64,000 nt of DNA from Basidiobolus meristosporus CBS 931.73 (GCA_002104905.1 MCFE01000166.1:62001-126000); one strand, 5' to 3'. Shown: positions 1 to 12,900, counted from the first letter of the stretch. The notes: generated by a model from the sequence alone, not told the origin. A program made the numbers and translations.

Positions 1-51
1 CATCATGTTGACGCTTCTTCTTCCGCACTTCGATTGTCCTGACCGGAGGGC

Positions 52-924
52 TTAGATTGACTGAGTCCCGTTGGCCTCCTGGCGAGGGACTCTGTCTTTT
101 GACGCCTTCTTCTCTTTTGTGTCCGGTACGGCTTCTCTTCCGTACCGTTTTTCACATTCATGGGCCCGGTGACCTACTTCTCCACACACATAACACGGAT
201 ACTGTTGTTGCGGTCGCTCCATCTGTTGGGTCAGGACTTGAACCTGGGCCTTTAGATCTACGACAGCTTCCCAGAGTTTATCACCTTCTTTGGGGACTTC
301 TTGGACATTGTTGATCAAGAGTTCTTGGACCTTTTGCCGTAATTCCTCTAACTCACGGTCTTTTGGGGAGGCGATTTTTCCTTTCTTACGGGGGATCCCT
401 GTCCTTCAATCATTTGTATCACTATAGGGTAGCCCCCATAGCAAGATGACCCCTTGTACTCGTTCGACCAACTCTTGCAACGTTTTACATCCCTGTTGTT
501 CTTCGGACGCCCTACGTCTTATTTCGTCATCTAAGCCCATGATGTAATACCTCATGAGCTGTTGTTTGGCAATTTCGTCCTTCGGGAGACATCGAACTCA
601 TTGGAGAAGCAGTTCAGTGTAGGCTTCATAGCTTTCACTGCTTTTCTTCCGCAAGGACAGTAGAAGGGCTTTGTAGTGGTATCCTTTGGCATATAGAAAG
701 TGTGTCTTGTAGGCTTCTTCTAGTGCATCCCAGTTGTCTTTGACTGCGTCTTCCAACCCATAATGCCATCACCATGCTGACCCTTCCATATGTCTTGCGA
801 ACTCTCTTACTTTCTTATTGTCGTCCCATCCTGCATCAACCGCAACTCTCTCAAACTTATCAAACCACTCAAGGGCTTTCTCTCTCTTTCCCTTGTATGT
901 TTTTAGTTTGATTGTAGTAGTCAT
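52..924 (-). pseudogene. Ty3/Gypsy gag, family A, with premature stop
   Basis: Minus-strand ATG at 924 (MTTTIKLKTYKGKREKALEWFDKFERVA...), in-frame TGA in W*W, C-terminal zinc knuckle CYVCGEVGHRAHEC in ORF 52-318; lies directly behind an LTR and PBS. Confidence 0.8.
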
Positions 925-952
925 TACCTCACTTGTGCTTATTTCCGCAGAG

Positions 953-1352
953 ACGGCACCAAATATGTGGGTTATTACTGACTGTACTTGGTGAGTAGGA
1001 GAGCTTGTAGGTCAAGTCAGTACCACTTGGTTCAGAATAGCTTCCAATAGAAGGTAGCAAGGTAATAAAGACTTCTGTTTATTTCGTCCAAATCTCATTG
1101 TTCTTCCTGGTTCAATTGGGTAGATATATATATCACTTGGAGGGGCTTAGACAATAGACAATGTGTTATAAAATAGGGATGTGAACACCTTCCTGTTATG
1201 GTAAGTGTTCTAACTAGATAAGGGCAGGGATAGGAGGGGAGGACGCGTGGGGGAATCATAGGGAGGGTACTGGAGGACTTCAGGTAGGACTCTGGAGGGA
1301 ACTCTTGGGGGAACTCTTGGGCAAAGAGTGGGTACTACATTGAGTACTCACA
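953..1352 (-). mobile_element. Family A 5' LTR (966-1352) with tRNA-His-type PBS (953-961)
   Basis: TGTG...CACA termini; followed on the minus strand by TATT-TGGTGCCGT, complementary to the ...ACGGCACCA 3' end typical of tRNA-His; homologous inverted copy at 1603-1980. Confidence 0.8.
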
Positions 1353-1602
1353 AACTTTACTAGAGTACTCTGGGTTTCTCTTATTCACAAGCCAGTCTCT
1401 ACACCATTCAATACAGACTTTGCGCAAACAAGAGCCAAAGCACATCTAGTATGGGGACTAGAACTCAGCAGGGAGATGGAATTTGTTGGTTAAGCACCAA
1501 GAAGTTCTTAGCGGATAATTAGGAGGTATTCATGGCAAAGGTGGTAGCAACCAAATATATGCTTGCATTGCATATACGTTACCAGTGATAGAAGGTCTAT
1601 GT

Positions 1603-1980
1603 TGTGAGTACTAAATAGAGTACCCACTCTTTGTCTAAGAGTTCTCCCCAGAGTCCTACCCCAAGTCCCTCAGTATTCTCCCTATGATTCCCCCATGTGT
1701 CCTCCCTCCTATCCCTGCCCTTGTCTAGTTAGAACACTTACCATAACAGAAGGTGTTCACACCCCTATTTTATAACACATTGTCTATTATCTGAGCCCCC
1801 CCAAGTGATGCATATATATCTATCCATTTGAACCAAGTGAAGGCACAGGAAGATTTGGATGGAATAAACAAAAGTCCTTATTACCTTGCTACCTTCTATT
1901 GGAAGCTATTCTGAGCCAAGTGGAACTGACTTAACCTACAAGCTCTCCCACTCACCAAGTACAGTCTGTAATAACCCACA
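1603..1980 (+). mobile_element. Family A LTR, probably solo
   Basis: Reverse-complement homolog of 966-1352, TGTGAG...CCCACA termini, flanks TATGT/TATGG (5-bp TSD with one mismatch). Confidence 0.75.
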
Positions 1981-2299
1981 TATGGCAACCTTTTAAGTAT
2001 CACACTAAGAAGACACAAAACTGAGGCTATACAAGTGTATCAATTGCAGTAGGTGTGTATGTATGTTGAGGTTGGTAAGCAGGAGACCATATTTTTCTTG
2101 ATTTAAGCTATATGACATGTACTCAGAGTAGTAGTGAGTAGGCCAACAAATTGGGGTGGTTGTAGAGTGGATTATATCAATTGTGCAAAGTAAATTAGCA
2201 AAAGATATTGCCATTTTCATTCCTGGCTGTTCTCTATATGCCAATGCATCACATCCATGACCAACTCAAGGGTGATTTTCTTGCAGGTATTGGGATATA

Positions 2300-4250
2300 G
2301 TATTACTTGCAACTTGACTTGTATTCCTATTTAAATGTGCACAACTTGGTCATTAGTATAGGGATGAAAGATGGTAAGGATTCCAATTAGGCAAGCTTGG
2401 ATAAGCTTTGCACATATGCCCAAAATCTGTATTCTTCCTCTGGAAGCTGACCTAATTTGTCAATGCACTAACTTACTCCCTGTCTGCTACTCTGGAAATC
2501 TTGCCTTGATGAGCTATTTGTAAATAGCTCTGGGGAGACACTTAATACCACTAATATATGATGCAGTACATTAGGCATATAAGGCAGAAACTCATTCAAA
2601 ATCACCTAGGTTTCCAAAGTTGATGCATGTACAGGTAAGTCTGGTCTGTACTGCAAAAATTGAGCGCAAATTTGTTGATGAGCAGCTTCCTCACTAAATT
2701 CCTGTGCTGTCAGCTCATTCTTGGTATAAAAACTTGTCTTGTTATATATCTTCTTAAAAATATCTGCTGGCATCTAGATGTAGAGCTTATGGCACAGCTT
2801 CCTACTCAAGTTCTTCCATCTCTGTCAACTCTCTGATGTATCCAGTTTTGCTACAGTGATGAGTGATGACAAATATCTGTATGAAGGCTCTTCATACATA
2901 CTTAGTCCATACTGAAACAATCTTGCAAGAACTTGAACAGATCCAGCTTTATCTCCTCCAGTCCAAATAGTGCTAGTGAGCCAGGGGGAGGGATTTTGCA
3001 TGGGTTGTAGTATATGATAAATTAAAGCTAGGAATGGGGGCCATAGTGAGCAATCTAAATATTGATACAGATGTATATTGGCATTAGCCTGGTACTATAT
3101 GAGAAATATATAACAACTGATGTGATTTTCCATATGTTACACATAATGCATTTTGGATTGCATCAATACAGATCAAATCACATATTTTGCCAATTGCCTA
3201 TTTGCTTATGGACTTGTGCATACCGTTAATAAAATTGCCAAGTCATTGCTAGCAGGTGATTTTGCAACTTATTGATAAAATACATGGCAATTTATGGAGA
3301 TTTCATACAAGGCATGGAAAATCAGATAAATAACTGATTGCACCAAATCAATTAAAATCATATCTACCTGACTACCAACCAATCTTAATATGACTTGCTC
3401 ATTCAAATGGTCTTCTCTCATCAATCCCATTGCTACCACTGGATTTCCCTATGAAATATCAGCAGAGGTCTATGCCAGGTACTGTGGACCATCTACTCAA
3501 ATCAACTCAAGGAGATTCCTTGTTGAGCTTCTCTGCTATTCCAGGTGCTTTTGCCCTAGAAGCTTTCATCCCACCGCCCATGGCAACAAAAGTCCCAGAA
3601 GCTTTCTTTACCAGCTGACAGCAATGAAGAATCACCTTGCAGAGGGTAAGAGTAACTTAGAGCAAGATTGGAATACTAGGTTCAGAAGCTCCAATAGACT
3701 TCAGTATCCCAGAGTGCCCAGCAATAGGTTCCATGTCAGGAGTATTTTAGACATCTTCCCACTTAGTACTTACATACCCTGCAGAGGGCAAAGGCACTTA
3801 TATTCTGGCAAATACAAGGCATGCTGTGTCAAGTTTCAGTCACTGTCTAACATTGAGGGTAACATCATCTGGTTTGGTGGGCCATTTGCTGGAAGTAGGC
3901 ATGCCAAAACACTTGGGATAGAGAATCATCCAGAATTCAGTAGAGAAGAGAAATGTATAGCAGACTTAGCTTATATAGTATAGGATTGTCAGAGATAAGT
4001 ATGTATTACAGCTTATAGGAAGCAAATGAATGGTGTAACCAGCAGAAAGCAAAACCTCTTTAATGAGTTGTTTAATCATCTCAGACTGAGAGTAGAGCAC
4101 TCATTTGGATATCTAAAACATTCAGCATATTGGTTGGTAACTACAGAGGAAATCAAAATACAGCAGAAAGCAGAAGAATAGTAAAGCAGTCAAGATGCCT
4201 ATCTAAGCACAATATATTCATACAAGAAAACATTTTGTTGTGTTGTATTA
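2300..4250. mobile_element. Degenerate PHIS two-gene transposon, copy C (inverted relative to copies A and B)
   Basis: Transposase remnant on + at 3390-~4240 (SILDIFP, GSRHA, IADLAYI); minus strand ~2420-3040 is a degraded homolog of the accessory ORF at 33262; same head-to-head layout. Ends not resolved. Confidence 0.8.
3390..4240 (+). pseudogene. DDE_Tnp_4 (PHIS) transposase pseudogene
   Basis: 197-aa ORF 3390-3983 colinear with the 32018-32902 protein; stop after ADLAYIV; homology continues past the stop (RVEHSFGYLK). Confidence 0.85.
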
Positions 4251-4276
4251 TGATTGGTTTGGGGCTTGTTCTACAA

Positions 4277-4810
4277 TGTAGTGGCTAACCAACATTAAAC
4301 ATCAACTTTCAATATGCTAATACTGAAATAGTTTATTGGGAGTTTGATATACCTACAGAAGATACAACTTTCACTAATATCCTCAATCAGAGGCTCAGAA
4401 AATACTATAGGCAGTGTTTCACACTTCTACAGTAGTGTTCTGACCTTCTGTTGACTAATGGGCTTATTTACTTTTGTAGTAACTTTTCCTTATTTGGAAG
4501 TCACTTCTCCTTTCTTAGAAGATATTTCCTAATATGGAAATTCTGAGCTCCCCTTTAACTTAAAGGGGTGTGTTGTAGAAGTCTCTAAAGGAGTGTCTAA
4601 AGGGTGTCTTTAGAGAAATGAGGCTTCTTGCAGTGGTCTCTAAAGTAGACTTTACACTAAAGGGGTGCCTAAAGGGGCTTCTTTAGAGTAAAGGGGTTTC
4701 TTAAAGGGGTCTCTAAAGGGGTCTTTACACTAAAGGGGTGTGTTCAGAGTATATGGGTTTCTCAGAGGAGACTTTTCCAACAGAAAAGTTGTAGTTTCTT
4801 GTAGTACTTA
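4277..4810. repeat. LTR-like fragment with degenerate TAAAGGGG(T) tandem motifs at ~4560-4760
   Basis: Left edge TGTAGTGG (reads ...CCACTACA on minus, preceded by AATAAA); about eight imperfect TAAAGGGG/CTAAAGG copies. Confidence 0.4.
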
Positions 4811-4814
4811 GGAG

Positions 4815-7294
4815 TACTTAGACAAGCTTGTGATAATCTACCTAGATGATATACTGATATACAGCAAGACAGAAGATGATCACTTGGTGCACATTGAAAA
4901 GGTCTTGAAGAAGCTAAGAGAGAACAAGCTTTATGGTAAGCTACCCAAGTGTGAATTCTTCAAGGAATTTGTTAAATATCTGGGGCACATTGTAGCTAAC
5001 ACACAGATGACTTTAGATCCTGGGAAGGTTAAAGTTATCAAGAATCTGAAGCAGCCCCATAGCATTTCAGAGCTCAGATCATTCCTTGAAATGGTTTTCT
5101 AATATTGGAGAAATTGTTGAGTCCTTTGCAAGTATTGCAGCCTCTTTAACTGATATCCTCAAGAAAGACAATACCTACAAGTGAAACATAGCTTGTAAGA
5201 CTGCCTTCCAGATGCTCAAGAATGAACTTGCTAAGCTACCAAGCATAGGAATACCTGACTTCAGAAAGAGTTCACTCTGTGCACAGATGCTTCAGATTAT
5301 GCAATTAGTGGAGATGGAGTGTTGAGCCAGGAAAATGAGGGAAAGGACTACCCAGTTGCCTTAGAATTGAAGAAACTGAACTCAGCAGAACAAACCTATC
5401 CAGAGCATGAGAAGGAGATGCATGCTATAATACACTGTGTGAATACATGGAGATGCTATATTGAAGGGGTCAAATGCACTGTGAAGACTGATTATGCCTT
5501 GCTCAGGTATATACTTACTCAGAAGGTACTCTCTAGAAGAATGACACAATGGAGTGAATACATTTGGCAGTTTGACTTGGAGATTGTCTACTGCCCTGGG
5601 AAAAACAACACAGTTGCTGATGCCTTATCAAGATTAGAACAAGTTGCCCAACTTAACTTTGTGCATGAATTGGATTGGCCTAGACTATAACCAAAGTACT
5701 TGGAGGACCAAGCCATTCCTAATGAGGTGGATGAGGAGAGAAAGAAGATAATCTGGGATAAAGACAGCAAATATGTGGTGCAGGATGAAACACTCTACCA
5801 AATTGTTGATGGAAGCCCTATTGCCTATTGCCTGTATGTTGCTTGCCTGGATTTAATACATGAGCTACACAATGGATATGGACATCTTGGGATTGAAGGA
5901 ACCTATATCCTTGTGAAAGACAGAGCACGGTGTCCCAGAATGAAACAAGATATCAAGAAGCTAGTGAAAACTTGCCCAAACTGCCAAATCAATCAAGGCT
6001 AGCCACAAAAAATGGCTGAACTCTTTCCCCTGGAGCCTGTCAGACCATTTGAAAGATAGGGAATTAACTTTATTGGAAAGCTGCCAACTACCAGGAAATG
6101 CAACCATTAGATCCCAGTTGCAATTGACCCTGCCACCAAATAGCCAGTGAACAAGAAGTTGCAAGTTTCATCTACCATGAGATCCTGATGAAGCTTGGAT
6201 TCCCTGTAGGGATTCTATCCAATAGAGGTGCAAACTTTATGGCAAAGACATTGGAAGCTTACCTGGAAATGCTGCAGATCAAACACTTGAGAACCTTGGC
6301 ATATCACCGCAGAGCTAATGGAGTCACTGAATGGTTTAATGGATTATTTGGAAAATGCTGACCAAGTATGCAAATGGATTTGTCAGTATATGGGATGAGT
6401 ATATAGACCAGGCACTCATTGTATGCAGAGTCAGAGTACACAACACCACCCATCAATTGCCATTTTACTTAGTATATGGATGCAAACCAAGGATTCCAGG
6501 AGATCTCACACAACCAAAGCTTACAGACACCTTAGAGGATGAGCTCAGTCAGCCAAGTAGACACCAGCAGCTGGAACAAAGATGTCAAGAGGCACAGACC
6601 AAAGTATCTCAAAGTGTAGAAAAGTTGAAGAAGAGATTTGATAAAACAATAGCTGTAGAAGCATTGACAGTTGGGAACTTTTTATTGCTAAGAAGCAACA
6701 CTTGTAAGGAGTTTGAGCCACAATGGGCAGGACCATTCAAGATCATCAGAGAATGTCCATTTGCAGCTTACCAACTAGTGGACAAACAAGGCAATATCCA
6801 GGAAGACTAAGTGCATAGGGACAGACTCAAGCTTGCAAGACTTGCTGATAATACTGAACCATCAAGATATTGGTATCACAAGCAAAGAGTTTCAGGAGAA
6901 CCCTCTCAGCTGTAGTAGGGGAGAATGTTATAATATACCACCTGAATGTGTAAGTTAGATTAGCTTTTAGTCATATCAATTAGTTATATGTTTAGCTTAT
7001 CAGTAAATCAGTATTATCTATGAAATCAGTAGCATTAGTCAGCAAATGAATCAGCAGATCCTTATCTGACAGAAATAGATATATTAAATAGGACCTTATT
7101 GGGTGATGATGATGCCATCAAATGAGTCATCAGACACAGCCTACATTAGGAAATACAATTAGTTAGCAATTGATCTGGCAAAATGTATATAAGGAGCTGC
7201 TGGAACCTCAATAAAAATCAGTTCAAGTTTTAGTGAATACACTACTAGCTAAACTCCCTATTCCTCTACAGCTCTTATACCCAGACTTGTAACA
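4815..7294 (+). mobile_element. Ty3/Gypsy family G copy G1, 5'-truncated (RT-RNaseH-integrase-3' LTR)
   Basis: YLDD RT motif at ~4840, RNase H TDASD/ADALSR, integrase HHCC and GPF motifs broken by stops, PPT AGTAGGGGAGAA, LTR 6926-7294. Confidence 0.92.
6926..7294 (+). repeat. Family G 3' LTR, 369 bp, U3 subtype 1
   Basis: TGTTA...TAACA termini, TATATAA and AATAAA inside, near-identical to the reverse complement of 19507-19875. Confidence 0.92.
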
Positions 7295-7695
7295 ATTAAG
7301 AACCCCAGAATATTGAAGAAGCCATTAAGATTGCCATTGACTATGACTCTGCAATGCTTGGAGTTGGAAAGCCCACAGCTGTTAAATAACAAAACTGCAA
7401 TAACTAGGTAAGATGACAATCAAAAGCAGTGCCAAAGGAGATAGACACAATGCAAAGGAATCCCGGGTTAGAAGAATGCAAGACAAAAGGACTTTGTTAT
7501 AGTTGCCACCAGCATGGGCACATATCAGAGTACTGCCCTCTGCAAAGAAATGGACACCATTTACCAAGAACCATCCACTGTATTGAAGCCCAGGAGCCTA
7601 GTGAAGTGGACGATGAACTATAGAATCTGAGTTCTTTGCCTTCTTCATGACAAAAGTACATTTATGCTCAGTGACCTCAAACTTGGGAAAAGTAT
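7295..7695 (+). pseudogene. Family G gag fragment between two family G LTRs
   Basis: IEEAIKIAIDYDSAM... and zinc knuckle CYSCHQHGHISEYC (ORF 7429-7623), homologous to G3 gag. Confidence 0.8.
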
Positions 7696-8960
7696 TGTTA
7701 CAAGTCTTGGTATAAGAGTTGTAGAGGAATAGGGAGTTTGGCTAGTAGTGTATTCACTAAAACTTGAACTGATCTTTATTGAGATTCCAGCAGCTCCTTA
7801 TATACATTTTGCCAGATCAGTTGCTGACTAATTGTATTTCCTAATGTAGGTTGTGGCTGATGACTCATTTAATTGCATCATCATCACCCAATAAGGTCCT
7901 ATTTAATATGTCTATTTCTGTCTGATAAGGATCTGCTGATTCACTTGCTGACTAATGCTACTGATATGATAGATAATACTGATATACTCATAACCTAAGC
8001 ATATAAATAATTGATTTGACTAAAAACTAATCTAACTTAAACATTCAAGCGGCAGATCATAACATTTTCCCCTGCTAAAGTTGAGAGGGTTCTCCTGAAT
8101 CTCTTTTCTTGTGATACCAATATCTTGGTGGTTCAGTATTATCAGCAAGTCTTGCAAGTTTGAGTCTGTCCCTATGCACTAAGTCTTCACGGATATTGCC
8201 TTGTTTGTCCACTAGTTGGTAAGTTGCAAATGGACATTCTCTGATGATCTTGAATGGTCCTGTCCATTGTGGCTCAAACTTCTTCCAAGTGTTATTTCTT
8301 AGCAATACAAAGTTCCCAACTGTCAATGCTTCTGGTGCAATAGTCTTATCAAATCTCTGCTTCATCTTTTCTGCACTCTGAGATACTTTGGTCTGTGCCT
8401 CTTGACGTCTTTGTTCCAGTTGCTGGTGTCTACTTGGCTGACTGAGTTCATCTTCTAAGGTGTCTGTAAGCTTTGGTTGTGTGAGATCTCCTGGAATCCT
8501 TGGTTCACATCCATACACTAAGTAAAAAGGTGATTGCTGGGTGGTGTTGTGTACTCGGACTCTGCATGCAAAGAGTGCCTGGTCTATATACTCATCCCAT
8601 CTACTGACAACTTCATTGGCATACTTGGTCAGCATTTTCCAAATAATCCATTAAACCTCTCAGTGACTACATTAGTTCTGGGGTGATATCCCAAGGTTTT
8701 CAAGTGATTAATCTGCTGCATTTCCAGGTAAGCCTCTAATGTCTTTGCCATAAAGCTTGCTCCTCTATCACATAAGATCTCCACAGGGCATCCAAGCTTC
8801 ATCAGGATCTCATGGTAGATGAAACTTGCAACTTCTTGTTCACTGGCTATTGGTACAGCTTTAGCAACTGGCCATTTGGTGGCATGGTCAATTGCTACTA
8901 GGATCCAACGGTTGCATTTCCTGGTGGTTGGCAGTCTTCCAATAAAGTCAATTCCCCATC

Positions 8961-10257
8961 TCTCAAATGGTCTTACAGGCTCCAAAGGGAAGAGTTTGGC
9001 AATTCTTTGTGGCTGGCCTTGATTGATTTGGCAGTTTGGGCATGTTTTCACTAGCTTCTCAATATCTTGTTTCATTCTGGGCCACCATGCTCTGGCTTTC
9101 ACAAGGCTATAGGTGCCTTCAATCCCAAGATGTCCATATCTGTTGTGTAGCTTATGTATTAAATGCAGGAAAGCAACATAAGGACAATAGGCAATAGGGC
9201 TTCCATCAACAATTTTGTAGAGCGTTTCATCCTGTACAACAAATTTGCTGTCTTTATCCCAGATTATCTTCTTTCTCTCCTCATCCACCTCATTAGGAAT
9301 GGCTTGGTCCTCCAAGTACTTTGGTTATAGTCTAGGCCAAACCAATTCATGCACGAAGTTAAGTTGGGCAACTTGTTCTAATCTTGATAAGGCATCAGCA
9401 ACCGTGTTGTTTTTTCCAGGGCTGTAGACAATCACCAAGTCAAATTGCGGAATGTATTCACTCAATCTTGTCATTCTTCTAGAGAGCACCTTCTGAGTAA
9501 ATATATACTTGAGGGAGGCATGATCAGTCTTCACAGTGCATTTCACTCCTTCAATATAGCATCTCTATGTCTTCAAACAGTGTATTATAGCAGGCATCTC
9601 CTTCTCATGTTTCAAATGGTCTGACAGGCTCCAAAGGGAAGAGTTTGGCACTTCTTTGCGGCTGGCCTTGATTGATTTGGCAGTTTGGGCATGTTTTCAC
9701 TAGCTTCTCAATATCTTGTTTGGTTCTGGGCCACTATGCTCTGGCTTTCACAAGCTATAGGCTCCTTCAATCCCAAGATGTCCATATCTGTTGTGTAGCT
9801 TATGTATTAAATGCAGGAAAGCAACATAAGGACAATAGGCAATAGGGCTTCCATCAACAATTTTGTAGAGTGTTTCATCCTGTACAACAAATTTGCTGGC
9901 CTCATCCTGGATTGTCTTCTTGCTCTCTTCATCCACCTCATTAGGAATAGCTTGGTCCTCCAAGTATTTTGGTAATATGCTAGGCCAATCTGATTCATGC
10001 ACCAAGTTGAGTTGTGCAATTTGTTCTAATCTTGATAAGGCATCAGCAACCGTGTTGTTTTTTCCAGGGCTGTAGACAATCTCCAAGTCAAATTGCTGAA
10101 TATATTCACTCCATCTTGTCATTCTTCTAGAGAGAACCTTCTGAGTAAATACATACTTGAGGGAGGCATGATCAGTCTTCACAGTGCATTTCACTCCTTC
10201 AATATAGCATCTCTATGTCTTCAAACAGTGTATTATAGCAGGCATCTCCTTCTCATG
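8961..10257 (-). repeat. ~649-bp tandem duplication of the RNaseH-integrase segment inside G2
   Basis: 8961-9609 and 9610-10257 encode the same segment (ORFs 8629-9315/9325-9546 versus 9748-10194). Confidence 0.9.
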
Positions 10258-12900
10258 GACAGGATAGTTTTGTTCTGCTGAGTTCAGTTTCTTGGATTCA
10301 CAGGCAACAGGGTAATCCTTTCCCTTATGTTCTTGGCTCAACACTCCACCATTCGCATAATCTGAAGCATCTGTGCACAGAGTAACTATTTTCTGAAGTC
10401 TGGTGTTCTTAAGCTTGGCAGCTTAGCAAGTTCATTCTTGAGCGTCTGGAAGGCCATCTTACAAGCTATGTCCCACTTGTAGGTATAGTCTTTCTTGAGG
10501 ATATCAGATAAAGGGGCTGCAATACTTGCAAAAGACTTGACAAACCTCCAATAATAGAAAACCATTCCAAGGAATGATCTGAGCTCTGATATGCTATGGG
10601 GCTTCTTCAGATTCTGGATTACTTCCACCTTCTTAGGGTCTAAGGTTACTCCTGTGCTAGTCACTATGTGTCCCAGATATTCAATGTGTTCCTTAAAGAA
10701 TTCACACTTGGGTAGCTTACCATAAAGCTTGTTCTCTCTTAGCTTCTTCAAGACCTTTTCAATGTGCACCAAGTGATCCTCTTCTTTCTTGCTGTATATC
10801 AGTATATTCTCTAGGTAGATTATGACAAACCTGTCTAAGTACTCCTGGAAGACAGTCTGCATCAGGGTCATGAATGTTGCAGGGGCATTGGTAAGGCCAA
10901 ATCTCATGACTAAGTACTTGTAATGTCCATATCTGGTCCTGAATGCTGTCTTAGGGATATCTTCTGGTTTCACCCTAGTCTGGTTGTATCCTGACATGAG
11001 GTCAATCTTGCTGAATATGGTGGCTCCATTACGTTGGTCCAAAAGCTCATCAATCCAAGGTATGGTGTACTTATTCTTGACGGTAACTGAGTTGAGGGCT
11101 CTGCAGTCAATGCACATCCTAAGTGTTGCATCCTTCTTCTTCACAAAAAGTACTGGTGCTCCCCAAGGTGACTTGCTGGGTCTGATGTATCCTTTCTCCA
11201 ATAGCTGATCAATTTGTCTCTTCATTTCCTCCAATTCCAATGGACTCATTCTGTGAGGTGTCTTGCTCACTAGAGGGCAATCTCCTGTGACAATGGCATG
11301 ATCTACATCTCTGACTGGTGGTAGGCTTACAAGCTCATCTGGAAACATGTCTGAATATTTCTTCAAGAGAGTCTGGATCTGCTGGGGTGCTGGGGTAGAG
11401 GAATCCTCCTGTAATACCGCCATGAAGAACATCTAGGTACCTTTTCTAAGTGCTCTACAGAACTGGGTCTTGCTAAGCTCACTTGTCTCACACATACTGG
11501 AATTGACCAAGTTGTAATCCAGCCTGGCAGGTCATAGCTCATAGGACTTGTTGTCCTTTTGGATCTGAGTAGCAGGGGTTCTCCAGTTGATTGATGGATT
11601 ACAACAAAATAGCCAGGTTTTTCCAAGTACAAGGTCTAACTTGCAGTTCCCAAATATATAAGCCTGTAGGTCTTCTTCATAGTCCTTGATCTTCATTCTT
11701 ACTGGCTGGGTAATACGGTTGATTATGTGAGAGTTCCCATTAGCTGTGGAGACTGAAGTTGATTTGGTAGGTTCCAAGTTGATTCCAGCTTTCAAGGTAA
11801 ATTGCTCTGACATGTATTCATGTGATGCTCCTGAGTCAATCATGATTTTGGCAGGTACTCCATTGATTACTCCATCTAAGTACAATAACTTCCCTGAGTT
11901 TGAGGTCATTTGGGACAAGTACTCTTCTGTCATATGGAAGGTAAGTTCTAAGTCTTCTTCAAGCTCATCCTCCACATTACTGTGGGCATGGGACTCGATA
12001 TGGTTGAAGGTTCTTGTTGGTGGGTGTCCATTTCTTCTCTGGGGGCAGTACTTTGAGATGTGTCCTTGCTGGTGACAATTGAAACAAGGTCCTTTCTTCC
12101 TGCATTCTTCTTAGGTGGGGTTCTTCTGCATAGCATCTATTTCCATCGGTACTGCTTCTAACTCTATTCTTTCATAATGATTGTAGCCTTTCTGATTAGT
12201 CACTGTAGGCTTCCCAACTCCAAACATGGCTGAGTCATAGTCAATGGCAATCTTGATGGCTTCTTCAATAGTCTGAGGTCTTTGATAATTCACTTCCTTG
12301 CAAGTTCTTTCTTTCAACCAACAATAAAGTATTCAACTTGATCCAGGGGGTCCATTTGTTCAATTTGTCCATTTAGACATCTGTACTCATAGATGTACTC
12401 TTGAACCATGCCTTACTGTCTGAGTGTCTTTAACTCCTTCTTAGTAGTGTCTGCTGGTGTGGATATTCAAAAGCATCCTGAATTTCTGACACAAACTCAT
12501 CCCAGGTAGAGATTGTAGAGCATCCCATCATAGTGGCTGATCTGATCTTGTTGTGGTACCACTGTAAAGCTGCATCTGCCGGGTAAGAAGCTGCATAATG
12601 CAACTTGCTTTCTGGAGCAATTCCTTTAGCCTTAAAAGCTTCTTCAATCTGAAAGAGCCAAGTTCCCAGGTTTAAATTGACTCTGCCATGGTACCGGTTG
12701 ACCTTCACACTAAAGTTGCTCTTGACAGTGCTTTGCTGGCTTGGAGCCATGGTAGTCATTCCTTGTTGCTGTTGGCTGAGGATCTGGGGTAACTGTTGCT
12801 GTTGGGTCAGGATTTGCTGCATGGCATTCTTCCATTCTTGATTGTCCGACATCTTGAGGGTGGTTTCTTCTTACTCCAGGAGGGAGGTTTCTGGTTATTG

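Noticed and set aside
4560-4760. TAAAGGGG repeats as an interstitial telomere or CRISPR array
   Set aside because: Units are irregular and degenerate, there are no constant repeats with unique spacers, and they lie in an LTR-like fragment.
8075-8200. Chromodomain or env gene in family G
   Set aside because: The integrase ends ~35 aa after the GPF region and the PPT follows at once.
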